Part shown: positions 1 to 9,530 of the stretch, piece after piece
How positions within the stretch are numbered: the first letter of the stretch is position 1
How the letters are laid out: every line of letters begins with the position of its first letter
Assembly: GCA_043824495.1 (NCBI GenBank)
Contig: JBDRSV010000024.1
Coordinates: 96,001 to 160,000 of the forward strand
DNA from: Candidatus Aenigmatarchaeota archaeon
Lineage (GTDB): Archaea; Aenigmatarchaeota; Aenigmatarchaeia; QMZP01
Reading direction: 5' to 3'
Length of the DNA stretch: 64,000 bases
Notes under the pieces: model-generated
The model's input: only the letters and a program-made list of their open reading frames with translations
Told to the model about the DNA's origin: nothing
Database searches by the model: none
Translations under genes and position numbers: made by a program

Positions 1-2
1 CA

Positions 3-149
3 AGAGACCAGAAAAAATCTGTAAAAGAAACAGTCAAAGAAGTGAAAACAGAAAAAGAAACAAAACCGGTAGCTAAACCAGATAAATCAAAAGTTCCAGC
101 GAAAGAAGCTAAAACCACTCCTAAAAAATTAACAAAGGAAGGGAAATGA
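3..149 (+). CDS. 3' end of an upstream ORF, Lys/Glu/Pro-rich tail; probably uL24 by synteny
   Basis: Open frame RDQKKSVKETVKEV...KEGK* running in from the window edge; uL24 normally precedes eS4. Confidence 0.45.
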   Translation, partial: RDQKKSVKETVKEVKTEKETKPVAKPDKSKVPAKEAKTTPKKLTKEGK

Positions 150-190
150 GTTACTTTATGCTTAAATAGTTAATAATTAAGAGGTTTGAT

Positions 191-901
191 ATGTCACATT
201 TAAAGAGATACGCGATGCCAAGGAACTGGCCAGTTGAGGTCAAGAAGAAAATTTTTATAGTTAGACCTATGCCTGGGCCTCATGCTATAAATAGATGCAT
301 ACCTCTAAAAATTCTGATTAAAGATTCTCTAGACTATGCAGATACATCAAGAGAAGCAAAGAAAATTATCACATCAGGAAAAGTTAAAGTTGATGGTGTG
401 ATAAGAAGAGATGTTAAGTTTCCTGTGGGATTGATGGATGTTATAGAATTGCCTGATGCAAAGGAAGCTTATAGAGTTGTTCTCAATAGAAGAGGAATAA
501 TATTGAAGAAGATAAAATCTGATTCTGATAAGAAATTATGTTTAATCAAAAACAAAGTGAGTGTTAAAAAAGGACATTTTCAACTAAATCTTCATGACGG
601 TAGAAATATACTCCTAAAAACAGGAGCTGACGCTTACAAAACAGGCGATTCCATTGTTATCCAACTTTCTGATAATAAAATACTCAAGCACTACAAACTA
701 GAAAAAGGAGTACCAGCTTTCATATACGCAGGAAAGAATATGGGTGTCTCAGGAACAATAAAGGAAATCAAAAAGAAGAAAACAATGGTAGAGAAATCTG
801 TTATTATATTTAAGACTGATGAAAAAGAAATGGAAACCCTTAAGGGTTACGTTTTCCCAGGTTACTTGGATTTGGGTGAATCTGGAAAGGAGAGTAAATG
901 A
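191..901 (+). CDS. rps4e: 30S ribosomal protein S4e
   Basis: HLKR..P..W N-terminus, PGPH, VKVDG..R.D..FPVGLMDVI. Confidence 0.97.
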   Translation: MSHLKRYAMPRNWPVEVKKKIFIVRPMPGPHAINRCIPLKILIKDSLDYADTSREAKKIITSGKVKVDGVIRRDVKFPVGLMDVIELPDAKEAYRVVLNRRGIILKKIKSDSDKKLCLIKNKVSVKKGHFQLNLHDGRNILLKTGADAYKTGDSIVIQLSDNKILKHYKLEKGVPAFIYAGKNMGVSGTIKEIKKKKTMVEKSVIIFKTDEKEMETLKGYVFPGYLDLGESGKESK

Positions 902-1407
902 CAGAAAACCCAATGAGACAGATAAGAATAGAGAAGGTCACTGTAAACATGGGAGCAGGTGAAGCCGGAGCTAAGTTAGATAATTCTGTTAAGCTTATTG
1001 AAAAATTAACAGGAGCTAAAATTGTTATTACAAAAACACATAAAAGAACCACATTCGGTGGACCAAAGAAAAAACCTATTGGAGCCAAAACAACTCTAAG
1101 AGGTAAAAAAGCTGAAGAATTCTTAGAGCTAATGTTAAAAGCTGTTGAAAATAAATTAAGAAAAAAACAATTTGATGTTAATGGAAATTTCTCTTTTGGT
1201 ATAAAAGAATACATTGATATACCAGGTGTCAAATACGATCCAGATATTGGAATTATGGGAATGGATATCTGTGTAACATTACAAAGACCTGGATATAGAG
1301 TTAAGAATAGAAAAATAAATCAAAGAAAGATTGGGATGAAACACAACATTAAAAAAGAGGACTCCATGGAATTCATGAAAACTAGATTTAAGGTAGAGGT
1401 AGTTTAG
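898..1407 (+). CDS. rpl5: 50S ribosomal protein L5
   Basis: NPMR.IRIEKVTVNMG.GE, GNFSFGI.EYID.PG..YDP.IGI.GMD. Confidence 0.97.
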   Translation: MTENPMRQIRIEKVTVNMGAGEAGAKLDNSVKLIEKLTGAKIVITKTHKRTTFGGPKKKPIGAKTTLRGKKAEEFLELMLKAVENKLRKKQFDVNGNFSFGIKEYIDIPGVKYDPDIGIMGMDICVTLQRPGYRVKNRKINQRKIGMKHNIKKEDSMEFMKTRFKVEVV

Positions 1408-1629
1408 ATGTCATTTTTAAAAGTTAGAAAACAGATAGAGAAAAAACCTATCAAGGTTGCAAGATATGATAAATTTAACAAACCAAAAAAGAGAAAATTC
1501 GGAAAAAATATTCATAGATGCGCAAAATGTAACAGAACAGGCGGGATGATAAATAAGTACGATTTACATTATTGTAGACAGTGCTTCAGAGAACAAGCAG
1601 AAAAATTAGGATTTGTAAAATATAGTTAG
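1408..1629 (+). CDS. rps14: 30S ribosomal protein S14 (zinc-finger type) with basic N-terminal extension
   Basis: C..C...G.I.KY.L..CRQCFRE.A..LGF.KY. Confidence 0.95.
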   Translation: MSFLKVRKQIEKKPIKVARYDKFNKPKKRKFGKNIHRCAKCNRTGGMINKYDLHYCRQCFREQAEKLGFVKYS

Positions 1630-1637
1630 GAGTTAAT

Positions 1638-2024
1638 ATGAGACACGATTTAATTTCAGATGCATTATGCATAATAAAAAACGCAGAATTCATTGGTAAA
1701 AAGGAGTGTAAGGTTCCTGTGTCTAAGTTAATTAAAGGTATGTTGACAATCATAAAAACCAATGAATACATTAAGGATTTCAAGTTAACACATGAAGAGA
1801 AAGGAGATTATTTTCATGTTCATCTTGCAGGTAAAATAAATGATTGTAATTCTATTAGACCACAATACTCATTCCAAGTAAAAGACGTTGTTAAATGGGA
1901 AAAAAGATTCCTTCCAGCAAGAGAGATAGGAATTTTAATTATTACCACATCAAAGGGCATAATGGATCAAAGACAAGCAGAAAAAGAAAAATCCGGTGGT
2001 AGATTACTGGGTTATGTTTACTAG
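1638..2024 (+). CDS. rps8: 30S ribosomal protein S8
   Basis: D.ISDAL..IKNAE, G.INDC..I.P, GILIITTSKGIM, GG.LL.YVY. Confidence 0.96.
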   Translation: MRHDLISDALCIIKNAEFIGKKECKVPVSKLIKGMLTIIKTNEYIKDFKLTHEEKGDYFHVHLAGKINDCNSIRPQYSFQVKDVVKWEKRFLPAREIGILIITTSKGIMDQRQAEKEKSGGRLLGYVY

Positions 2025-2032
2025 GTGATTAT

Positions 2033-2296
2033 ATGATAACAAGCAGAGACATTAAACATGCAGAAGAGCAAAAAAAATTGTTGATTGGAACAAAAAGTAT
2101 AGTGAAATCACTAAAAATCGGGGAACTGGAAAGAGTCATTTATGCTTCTAATTGCCCAGAATCCACATTGAAGGATATAAATTATTATTTAAAATTAACT
2201 AAAACTGAAGTGGAATTATTCGATGGAAATTCTTCAAAACTAGGTGAAACCTGCGGTAAACCCTTTAATATACTTATGATCGCAATAAAGAAGTAG
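2033..2296 (+). CDS. rpl30e: 50S ribosomal protein L30e
   Basis: IG.K...K.LK.G....VI.ASNCP, LG..CGKPF. Confidence 0.92.
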   Translation: MITSRDIKHAEEQKKLLIGTKSIVKSLKIGELERVIYASNCPESTLKDINYYLKLTKTEVELFDGNSSKLGETCGKPFNILMIAIKK

Positions 2297-2302
2297 ATAA
2301 AT

Positions 2303-2707
2303 ATGCCAATAAAACTAGAAACAATGACAATTAGAACTATTGCAACATTTGAAAACGTAACGAACGTTCATGCGGTGGATTGCATAATTGCAGACGATTA
2401 CATGTGTTTTCTTGTTGATCCTGAAAAAGTTGGCTTAGCAATTGGCAAAAACGGATCAACAATAAAACAATTAAGAAAAATGTTTAATAAACAAATAAAA
2501 GTGTTCGGTTACTACAGAGATCCAGAATCTCTTGTAAAGGGGGTAATACCCGAAGTAATTGAAATAGAACAAAATAGTGGAGCTTTGGTAGCTACTCTCC
2601 CAAGCGGAGAAAAATTATCTATAATAGAGAAAAACAACAAGAATATTAAGATACTAAAGGAAATATTAAAGAGACATTTTTCCATCAAGACATTAAAACT
2701 CAGATAA
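2303..2707 (+). CDS. nusA: Archaeal NusA (KH domains)
   Basis: F..VT.V.A.DC, VGLAIGKNG..IK; follows L30e as in other archaea. Confidence 0.88.
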   Translation: MPIKLETMTIRTIATFENVTNVHAVDCIIADDYMCFLVDPEKVGLAIGKNGSTIKQLRKMFNKQIKVFGYYRDPESLVKGVIPEVIEIEQNSGALVATLPSGEKLSIIEKNNKNIKILKEILKRHFSIKTLKLR

Positions 2708-2712
2708 GATAT

Positions 2713-3342
2713 ATGATTCAAATGAAAATTAAGATAATAAAAAAATCTGGAAATGACCTTGAATTCACAGCTGAAAACATCAGTATACCTTTAGCAAATG
2801 CACTTAGAAGGATAATGATTTCTGAAGTGCCAACATTATCAGTTGACTGGATTGATATTCATAATAATACATCTGTTTTGTTTGATGAGATGATATCTCA
2901 CAGAATTGGTTTAATTCCAATAAAATTCAACCCTGATAAATTTAACTTTATAGATGATTGTAAATGTGAAGGCAAAGGATGTACATTGTGTCAAGCAGTG
3001 TTCTCAGTGACCAAGAAAGGTCCATGTATTGTTTATTCGGGGGACATGAAACCTGCAAACAAAGAAGCAATTTTCACAGATCCTAAATTCCCTATAGTTG
3101 AACTTCTAGAAAATCAAGAAATCAAACTAGATGCTATTGCAAGACTTGGAATAGGACAAAATCACTCAAAGAATCAAGCAGCTATAGCAGCATATGAATA
3201 TGATGGTGACGGAAAAGCATTGAAATTTAAATTTAAGATAGAGTCTGTATCAGGTTTGAAACCTGATTACATTGTTGAAAAAGCAGCACATATATTAGAA
3301 TTAAAAGCAGCGGAATTTAAGAAGGAAGTCAATAAGATATGA
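2713..3342 (+). CDS. rpoD: DNA-directed RNA polymerase subunit D (Rpo3)
   Basis: LANALRR.MISEVPT.....I.I..NTSVLFDEM.SHRIGLIP, Cys cluster CKCEGKGCTLC. Confidence 0.95.
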   Translation: MIQMKIKIIKKSGNDLEFTAENISIPLANALRRIMISEVPTLSVDWIDIHNNTSVLFDEMISHRIGLIPIKFNPDKFNFIDDCKCEGKGCTLCQAVFSVTKKGPCIVYSGDMKPANKEAIFTDPKFPIVELLENQEIKLDAIARLGIGQNHSKNQAAIAAYEYDGDGKALKFKFKIESVSGLKPDYIVEKAAHILELKAAEFKKEVNKI

Positions 3343-3551
3343 GCGCTCAATTGGTTGTATCCTGGATCCTTGGTAGCATATTCATGCTAGGAGGGGTATG
3401 GATAATAACAAACCTCGAGATGAATCTTGGGGTGACCGAGTCCTCTTATATTGTCGCTCTTATTATAGCATTTATCATGTTCCTTCTAGCTGGTTTCCTA
3501 TGGATTTCGGTTGCCGTGGGTACAGAAAAACAGCCGCATCACCACCATTAA
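3339..3551 (+). CDS. Small two-TM membrane protein with C-terminal HHHH
   Basis: Two hydrophobic helices; start overlaps the rpoD stop. Confidence 0.7.
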   Translation: MSAQLVVSWILGSIFMLGGVWIITNLEMNLGVTESSYIVALIIAFIMFLLAGFLWISVAVGTEKQPHHHH

Positions 3552-3661
3552 TTCCGAAATGAGCTATTCCTGCATTTATAAATATTTATATCAATAAGAA
3601 CCAATATACTCACAAAATCTATATAAATCCTTGAGCTGAATAAGCTCATACAAGTGATATC

Positions 3662-4084
3662 ATGGGACAATTTGGAGCACGAGAATTAAAGAAAAAGAGG
3701 AAAAAGTTTAGATGGAAATCTACAAAACACAAGAGACATCAGCTAAAATTATGGAAGAAATCACCTCTTAGAGGAGCTCCTATCGGAAAAGGTATAGTTC
3801 TTAAGAAGAAGGGTATTGAACAAAAACAGCCACATTCTGGTATTATTAAAGCTGTCAGAGTACAGATAGTTAAAAACGGTATTAATGTTACAGCATTTGT
3901 ACCAAAAACAGGTGCAATCAAGCATATAGACGAGCATGACGAAGTAACAATAGAAGGAATGGGCGGATCTCAGGGTGGAGCTGTCGGTTCTATGCACGGT
4001 ATCAAGTTTAAGGTTTTCAAGGTGAATAATATTTCTTTGAAAGAAATTCTAAAGGGGAAAAAACAGAAGTCTAAGGGCGGTTAA
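3662..4084 (+). CDS. rps12: 30S ribosomal protein S12
   Basis: KQPHSGI.KAVRVQ..KNG..VTAFVP, IDEHDEV. Confidence 0.97.
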   Translation: MGQFGARELKKKRKKFRWKSTKHKRHQLKLWKKSPLRGAPIGKGIVLKKKGIEQKQPHSGIIKAVRVQIVKNGINVTAFVPKTGAIKHIDEHDEVTIEGMGGSQGGAVGSMHGIKFKVFKVNNISLKEILKGKKQKSKGG

Positions 4085-4086
4085 TT

Positions 4087-4677
4087 ATGTCAATATTACT
4101 TTTTAATAGATGGGATACGAGCAAAGTTGAAGTCCAAGATCCTAGTCTTAAGAGATATGTTAATTTGGAACCTGTTATAGTACCTAGAACTAACGGTAAA
4201 ATGAGAGGTCAGCACAAATATAAAGTTAATATAGTTGAAAGATTCACAAACAGACTCATGGTTAATGGCCATAGAGGAAAAAAACATAAAATCACATCAG
4301 GTCATCATGTTGGAAATACAGCAACACTTTTCAATCACATGAAAGCTGCTTTCACAGAAATAGAAAACAAGACAAAGAAAGATCCTGTGCAAGTTCTTGT
4401 ACACGCAATAGAGAATTCTTCAGTAGTTGAAGAGGTTGCTTCTTACAGAATGGGTGGCATAATGGCTAGAAAAGCTGTTGTAGTGTCTCCTCAGAGAAGG
4501 CTAGACCTAGCATTAAGATACCTCACGCAAGGAATCTACAAGAAGAGCTTCAAAAACAGGCAACCTCTCTCAAGAGTCATCGCAGATGAGCTCATAGCTG
4601 CTGCTAACAACGACACAAAAGTCTTCGCAATCCAAGAGAAAAACAGAATAGAAAGAGAAGCCGAAGGCGCTAGATAA
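4087..4677 (+). CDS. rps7: 30S ribosomal protein S7
   Basis: LF.RWD...V.V.DPSL..Y, IVERF.N.LM, V.VSPQRRLD.ALR. Confidence 0.97.
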   Translation: MSILLFNRWDTSKVEVQDPSLKRYVNLEPVIVPRTNGKMRGQHKYKVNIVERFTNRLMVNGHRGKKHKITSGHHVGNTATLFNHMKAAFTEIENKTKKDPVQVLVHAIENSSVVEEVASYRMGGIMARKAVVVSPQRRLDLALRYLTQGIYKKSFKNRQPLSRVIADELIAAANNDTKVFAIQEKNRIEREAEGAR

Positions 4678-4763
4678 TTTTAATGTGCTATTTTTAGTGT
4701 CAGTAATTTCGTATAACAGGTAGCTCACACTACTTTTTTCTAAAAATAAAAGAAATTGGGTAT

Positions 4764-5189
4764 TTACCCAATGTAATTAGCTTGTCCTGCACCTTGAGGT
4801 TTCAAGACTGGGATACCTATTGGTGGTGGTAGCTGTAAATCGTCAGCCATGTAAGCTATCTTTAGAAGACATCTCCTGAATAAGTGATTCAAGATTTCTA
4901 TGTTTATTTCTTCTGGTAATTTTTTGTCTTTTTTCCAAGCTTTCATTACTATTGCTAGTGTTTTTGGAAGATAGATAACTTCTCCGCCTACCTTGATGTC
5001 GGCCAAATCAGGTGCATATTTTGTCTCAAACTCGAATGTTACGGACATTCCTTTTTTGTTAAGTGTTCCGATGTTTACTTCTTTTACACCTATGATTTTT
5101 GGTGTTGAGTTTACTTTAATTTCACCCTTAATTGGCTTTGGTTTTTTATTTGCCTCAAATGAGGTAAATGCGAGTCCTATGATTGGCAT
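4764..5189 (-). CDS. Conserved archaeal hypothetical protein, possibly SecB-like fold
   Basis: Clean 141-aa ORF; beta-rich N-half and C-terminal LQLPPPI motif reminiscent of SecB (inference). Confidence 0.6.
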   Translation of the reverse strand: MPIIGLAFTSFEANKKPKPIKGEIKVNSTPKIIGVKEVNIGTLNKKGMSVTFEFETKYAPDLADIKVGGEVIYLPKTLAIVMKAWKKDKKLPEEINIEILNHLFRRCLLKIAYMADDLQLPPPIGIPVLKPQGAGQANYIG

Positions 5190-5303
5190 ACTAATCTCCT
5201 TAATATTATGTATACTATTACATATTGTTATTTAAATGCATATTATGCTCTCATTTACGAATATTTCTTCATATATTTATATTTCCGTACACAAATCTAT
5301 ACT

Positions 5304-5837
5304 ATGAATATTCTCATACCAATGGCAGAGGGCTTTGAGGAAATAGAAGCTATTACAGTTATAGATGTTTTCAGGAGAGCTGGAATCAATACTATCAGCG
5401 TCGGTCTTCCTGGTACAATGGTCACAGGAGCTCACGGCATCAAAGTTTTTGCTGATAAGAGACTTGATGAAGTGAATATAGACGATTTTGATGCTCTTGT
5501 TCTTGTTGGTGGAGATCCTGGATACCACAATCTAGGTAAATCACAGAAGATAATAGAAGCCATCAAGAGGTTTGAAGCAGCAAAGAAACCTGTAGGAGCT
5601 ATATGTACTGCGCCAGCTATTCTAGGTAAGCTAGGTCTACTAGACGAAAGAAGAGCAACAATATATCCCGGAATGGAGAGAGAGATACCAAGACCAAGAG
5701 GAAACAGAGTCATAGACGATGATAATATAATAACATCACAAGGACCTGGAACAGCTATGGAATTTGCTATCCAGATTGTGGATAAACTCAAGGGTCCTTC
5801 AATAGCGGGTAAGGTAAGAAGGGAACTGGTGGCTTAA
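5304..5837 (+). CDS. DJ-1/PfpI/YajL family protein
   Basis: GFEEIEA....DV.RRAG, D.L.L.GG, GAIC.AP, ITSQGPGTA.EFA; likely start ATG 5304. Confidence 0.93.
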   Translation: MNILIPMAEGFEEIEAITVIDVFRRAGINTISVGLPGTMVTGAHGIKVFADKRLDEVNIDDFDALVLVGGDPGYHNLGKSQKIIEAIKRFEAAKKPVGAICTAPAILGKLGLLDERRATIYPGMEREIPRPRGNRVIDDDNIITSQGPGTAMEFAIQIVDKLKGPSIAGKVRRELVA

Positions 5838-6062
5838 ATGAGCGGATTAACTGCAGCCGAGAAAGAAATTCTAGAAATAATGTCAAAGAGACTTTTAGTA
5901 ACAACAAGAGAGTTGAACAAATTCTTGAGCTCTGATAAATACAATGGAGGAACTGATTTTAGTTTACAGAGACTTGTAGATCAAGGATACTTAGAAAGAG
6001 TAGAATCCTTAGGGACAACTGTTGTTGTAACTCAGAAAGGCTTGAGAGCTCTAAAAGCTTGA
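5838..6062 (+). CDS. Small winged-helix-like protein
   Basis: L.RLV..GYLE...........T.KG pattern; abuts the upstream stop. Confidence 0.6.
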   Translation: MSGLTAAEKEILEIMSKRLLVTTRELNKFLSSDKYNGGTDFSLQRLVDQGYLERVESLGTTVVVTQKGLRALKA

Positions 6063-6125
6063 GTAAAGATCTTTTTATAGTAAAATGACATATATAGAAG
6101 TACTTCGATCGAATGATCTTAGAAT

Positions 6126-6289
6126 AGCCCCGTAGTGTAGTGGTCAAAGTTTGACAACCTGTGTGCTCGCATGTAGTTGTCTACACGACTAGGCATATCG
6201 GGCCTTGGTTTTCGCAACTAAGGATCTGAGCGAGAAATCGCTGTGAAAGAGGATACCCGGTGACTGCGGTTCGAATCCGCACGGGGCTA
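6126..6289 (+). tRNA. tRNA-Gln(UUG) with two introns: 6148-6192 (position 21/22) and 6209-6254 (position 37/38)
   Basis: Acceptor AGCCCCG/CGGGGCT, D-stem GTGT/GCAT, anticodon stem TCGGG/CCCGG, T-arm TGCGG-TTCGAAT-CCGCA; bulge-helix-bulge-type junctions at both introns. Confidence 0.9.
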
Positions 6290-6321
6290 TCATTTTTATT
6301 GTATACTTACAATTATTTCTT

Positions 6322-8007
6322 ATGTATCCACTAGAAAAGTTCAGAGACGATATTAAATCAGTGATAGCTGAATACAAAAAGATAAAGAAAGATGAAGTTG
6401 TTTTAGCAAAACCTCCTCAAGGTATTCCAGCAGATTTAGCCTATCCATGTTTTGGCTTGGCTAAAAGAGAAAAAAGAGATCCAGTAGAATTTGCTCTCAC
6501 AACAGTGGAGAAAATAAAACCTAGAGGATTGATATCCAGAATAGAAGCTAATGGTCCATACATAAACTTCTATGCAGACTGGAGTAAGATGGGAAGCTTA
6601 GTTTTGAATGGAATAATAAAAGAAAAAAACGCTTATGGTAAAGGAAAGAAAAAGAATAAGATTCTAGTGGAACACACTTCAGCCAATCCAGATGGTCCTT
6701 TACATCTAGGTCATTTCAGAAACACTGTTATAGGAGACTCTTTAGCAAGAATATTACGATTCTATGGTCATGAAGTAAAAACAGATTTCTATGTAAATGA
6801 TACAGGAAGACAAATAACTCTAGCTTCTTGGATGTATTTACAAAATGAGCCTAAACCTAAAGGTAAGCTAGATTGGTGGGTTTATGACTTGTATTTCAAA
6901 TGTAACCAGAAATTGAAAACCAATCCAAGTATAGAAAATGAAATAACAGATATGATGCTTAAGTTTGAAAATGGAGATAAAGAACTAAGAAAAACACATG
7001 AGTTCATAGTTGATCAATGCTTGAAGGGGCATAAAGAAACTCTAGAAAGCATTGGAATTAAAATCGATAGATTCTCAAAGGAAAGCGAATTCCTATTCAC
7101 TGGAAAAGTTGATGATGTTTTGAAGAAGATACTCAAAACAAAGGAAGGAAAATCGTCTGGTAAAAGAGTATGGGTTGACTTGAAACAATTCAAAATAGAA
7201 AGAGAATTCACTCTAACAAGATCTGATGGAACAACAATTTATCCAGCAAGAGATTTGGCATATCATGCAGACAAGTTTGAAAGAGCAGATCAAAACATAA
7301 ATATTATAGGAACAGATCAGAAATTTTACTTCAAGCAGTTAACATCAACTCTTGGTTTACTATTTCCAAAGAAAACAGAGAATTATCATGTTTTGTTTTA
7401 TGAGTTTTTGCTGTTGCCAGAAGGAACAATGTCTACACGTTTAGGTAAATTTATTTCAGTTGATGAACTTGTAAAGAAATTTACAGAAACTGCAAGAAAA
7501 AGTATAGAAATAAAAAATCCAAAATACTCAACTAAATTCAAGGATGATATAGCTAAGATGGTTGGTATAGGTGCATTGAAGTATGCAATGATAAAAGTTT
7601 CGCCTGAGAAAACATATTCTTTCAGTGTGGATGACAGCCTAAATTTCGAAGGTAACACGGCACCTTATATTCAATATACTCATGCAAGAGCTTCTTCGAT
7701 ACTTCAGAAAGCTGGTAGTAGCAAACATGTAATCAAGTATATAGGAGAAGAAGAGAAACAAGTCATGAACAAGTTAATGGAATTCCCATATGCAGTGAAA
7801 AGAGCTTCTAAAGAATATAGACCACACATAATAGCTAACTATGCATATGATCTAGCAACGTCTTTCAATAACTTCTATCACTCGGTTCCTGTACTGAAAG
7901 CAGAAAAAGACTTAATAGGAACAAGACTAGCTATAGTAAAAGCTGCTCAGATAGTTTTGAAAACAAGTCTAGATCTTCTAGGTATAGAAGCACCTGATAA
8001 GATGTAG
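6322..8007 (+). CDS. argS: Arginine--tRNA ligase
   Basis: VEHTSANP.GPLHLGH (HIGH), MSTR.G (KMSK-like), YIQY.HARA.SIL, LGI..P.KM. Confidence 0.97.
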   Translation: MYPLEKFRDDIKSVIAEYKKIKKDEVVLAKPPQGIPADLAYPCFGLAKREKRDPVEFALTTVEKIKPRGLISRIEANGPYINFYADWSKMGSLVLNGIIKEKNAYGKGKKKNKILVEHTSANPDGPLHLGHFRNTVIGDSLARILRFYGHEVKTDFYVNDTGRQITLASWMYLQNEPKPKGKLDWWVYDLYFKCNQKLKTNPSIENEITDMMLKFENGDKELRKTHEFIVDQCLKGHKETLESIGIKIDRFSKESEFLFTGKVDDVLKKILKTKEGKSSGKRVWVDLKQFKIEREFTLTRSDGTTIYPARDLAYHADKFERADQNINIIGTDQKFYFKQLTSTLGLLFPKKTENYHVLFYEFLLLPEGTMSTRLGKFISVDELVKKFTETARKSIEIKNPKYSTKFKDDIAKMVGIGALKYAMIKVSPEKTYSFSVDDSLNFEGNTAPYIQYTHARASSILQKAGSSKHVIKYIGEEEKQVMNKLMEFPYAVKRASKEYRPHIIANYAYDLATSFNNFYHSVPVLKAEKDLIGTRLAIVKAAQIVLKTSLDLLGIEAPDKM

Positions 8008-8138
8008 AGTGATTAAACGGTAAGCATAATCAAGCTAATAGCACTTATTATAATTATTTATTTAGTAGTTTCTATTTTCCAATGTTACTGGCCTGCGAGT
8101 ATGCTTGAAGAAGTCTTATGTATTTATGGTCCACTATT

Positions 8139-8669
8139 CTAGACACTATTCCACAATCTCTGAATTAGTTGATTCATTGTAATCTTTTTCTGGAACAGTT
8201 CTTTTACATCATTCTTTTCAATCTGCACTCTTATCTGTGCCTTATTCTCTAAATCATTCTTATAAGATTCAACTCTTGCAACTAACTCTGGTTTTATCGC
8301 TTCATTTTCAGCTTCTACTGCAAATTTTCTTACAAAAGAAGCATCCATAGCTAAAAGATCATTTGCAATTCGTTCTCTGTAAAGAGACTTAACCATTTTT
8401 GTTATTGTAGCTGCTTTTTCTACAGTAGCTGAATCAGATGCTTTCTGTACCACAAAAGCTTCTACACTCCCTGCACTAACAGGAACAGCTTCTTCTATAC
8501 CTAAAGTATCTCTGTAAATACTCTCTTTCTGTGCAGATGTTGTAGCTTGATGTTTTATTACATCAGATGATCTTATGTCTACTAGAGCAAATCTTCCAGA
8601 AGCTTGTACAAGAGACATTGATAAAACTAACAAAATTCCAATTATCATCAAAGTTAATTTATAGTTCAT
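8139..8669 (-). CDS. Secreted hypothetical protein
   Basis: N-terminal signal peptide; backbone-like composition. Confidence 0.7.
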   Translation of the reverse strand: MNYKLTLMIIGILLVLSMSLVQASGRFALVDIRSSDVIKHQATTSAQKESIYRDTLGIEEAVPVSAGSVEAFVVQKASDSATVEKAATITKMVKSLYRERIANDLLAMDASFVRKFAVEAENEAIKPELVARVESYKNDLENKAQIRVQIEKNDVKELFQKKITMNQLIQRLWNSV

Positions 8670-9465
8670 TGAACCACTCCGTTAATTTTATTGAGTGTGC
8701 TGGATATGTTTTATCCACCACCAATATTTTTTTCTTCTCTAAATTCTTAAGCGCCGCTGCAAGACTAGATTTTGATATTCCCGATTTCTTTTCCAGTTCA
8801 CTTCTCCTGATAACTCCTTTATTTTCTACGACTATATTTACAATCTTCTTTTCATTCACTGATAATGTTTTTATGACCGATTCCTTTTTGGATAACCCTG
8901 GTTTCATTTTGTGTATGATTAATCCAATTCCAATGATTATGATAATACCAATAGCTGCAAACACGAATATAATTGGGTCGGTAGTCTTTGGTAGTTCCTT
9001 TTCAAATGAATATGATATTTCAATTGAGTTTATTCCTGCCCACCGAAGTTCTGTTATATCTCCAGTTTGTATGTAAGCTGAAGGATTTGATGAAATTATT
9101 TTTGTGTTGTCAGGCATCAAAATAACAATGTTGTTATTTTGTAATCCTGTATCCATATTGAATTTCCAGTTACCGTCTGTTTTTGATGTGAGTAGAGATG
9201 TTGTGTACAAAACAACAGCTTCTCTAGTTTCTCCAATTGACACTTCTATATAATCATCATGCACTAGATGCAACCCGCCTCTTACTAGTACCTCATCCAC
9301 ATCTGCTGGGATTGGTAGACGATAAATACCTGATCCTGTTATTGTTATGCTTACTAATGTGTTTCCATTATCTTCTATGATTATGTAATATTCGGTTGCT
9401 TCTTGCGCATACACTGTCGGTATCAGCGCGAGCAATCCTATCATGATCAGCAATACAACTTTCAT
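8659..9465 (-). CDS. Membrane-anchored protein with extracellular domain, one TM helix and C-terminal winged HTH
   Basis: Signal peptide, TM at IFVFAAIGIIIIIGIGLII, HTH I.RSELEKKSGISKSSL...L..LE.K. Confidence 0.8.
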   Translation of the reverse strand: MKVVLLIMIGLLALIPTVYAQEATEYYIIIEDNGNTLVSITITGSGIYRLPIPADVDEVLVRGGLHLVHDDYIEVSIGETREAVVLYTTSLLTSKTDGNWKFNMDTGLQNNNIVILMPDNTKIISSNPSAYIQTGDITELRWAGINSIEISYSFEKELPKTTDPIIFVFAAIGIIIIIGIGLIIHKMKPGLSKKESVIKTLSVNEKKIVNIVVENKGVIRRSELEKKSGISKSSLAAALKNLEKKKILVVDKTYPAHSIKLTEWFNEL

Positions 9466-9498
9466 ACATGAAAGTTAATTTTTGCCTACTTAAATATG

Positions 9499-9522
9499 AC
9501 CTGGGGGAAGGGTTCCCCAGGT
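9499..9522 (-). terminator. GC-rich hairpin downstream of ORF 9531-10226
   Basis: ACCTGGGG...CCCCAGGT inverted repeat. Confidence 0.55.
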
Positions 9523-9530
9523 ATATAATT

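Noticed and set aside
9482-9500. Extra decayed motif (GCCTACTTAAATATGAC) beside a hairpin
   Set aside because: Position fits, but the match is too weak in AT-rich DNA to count
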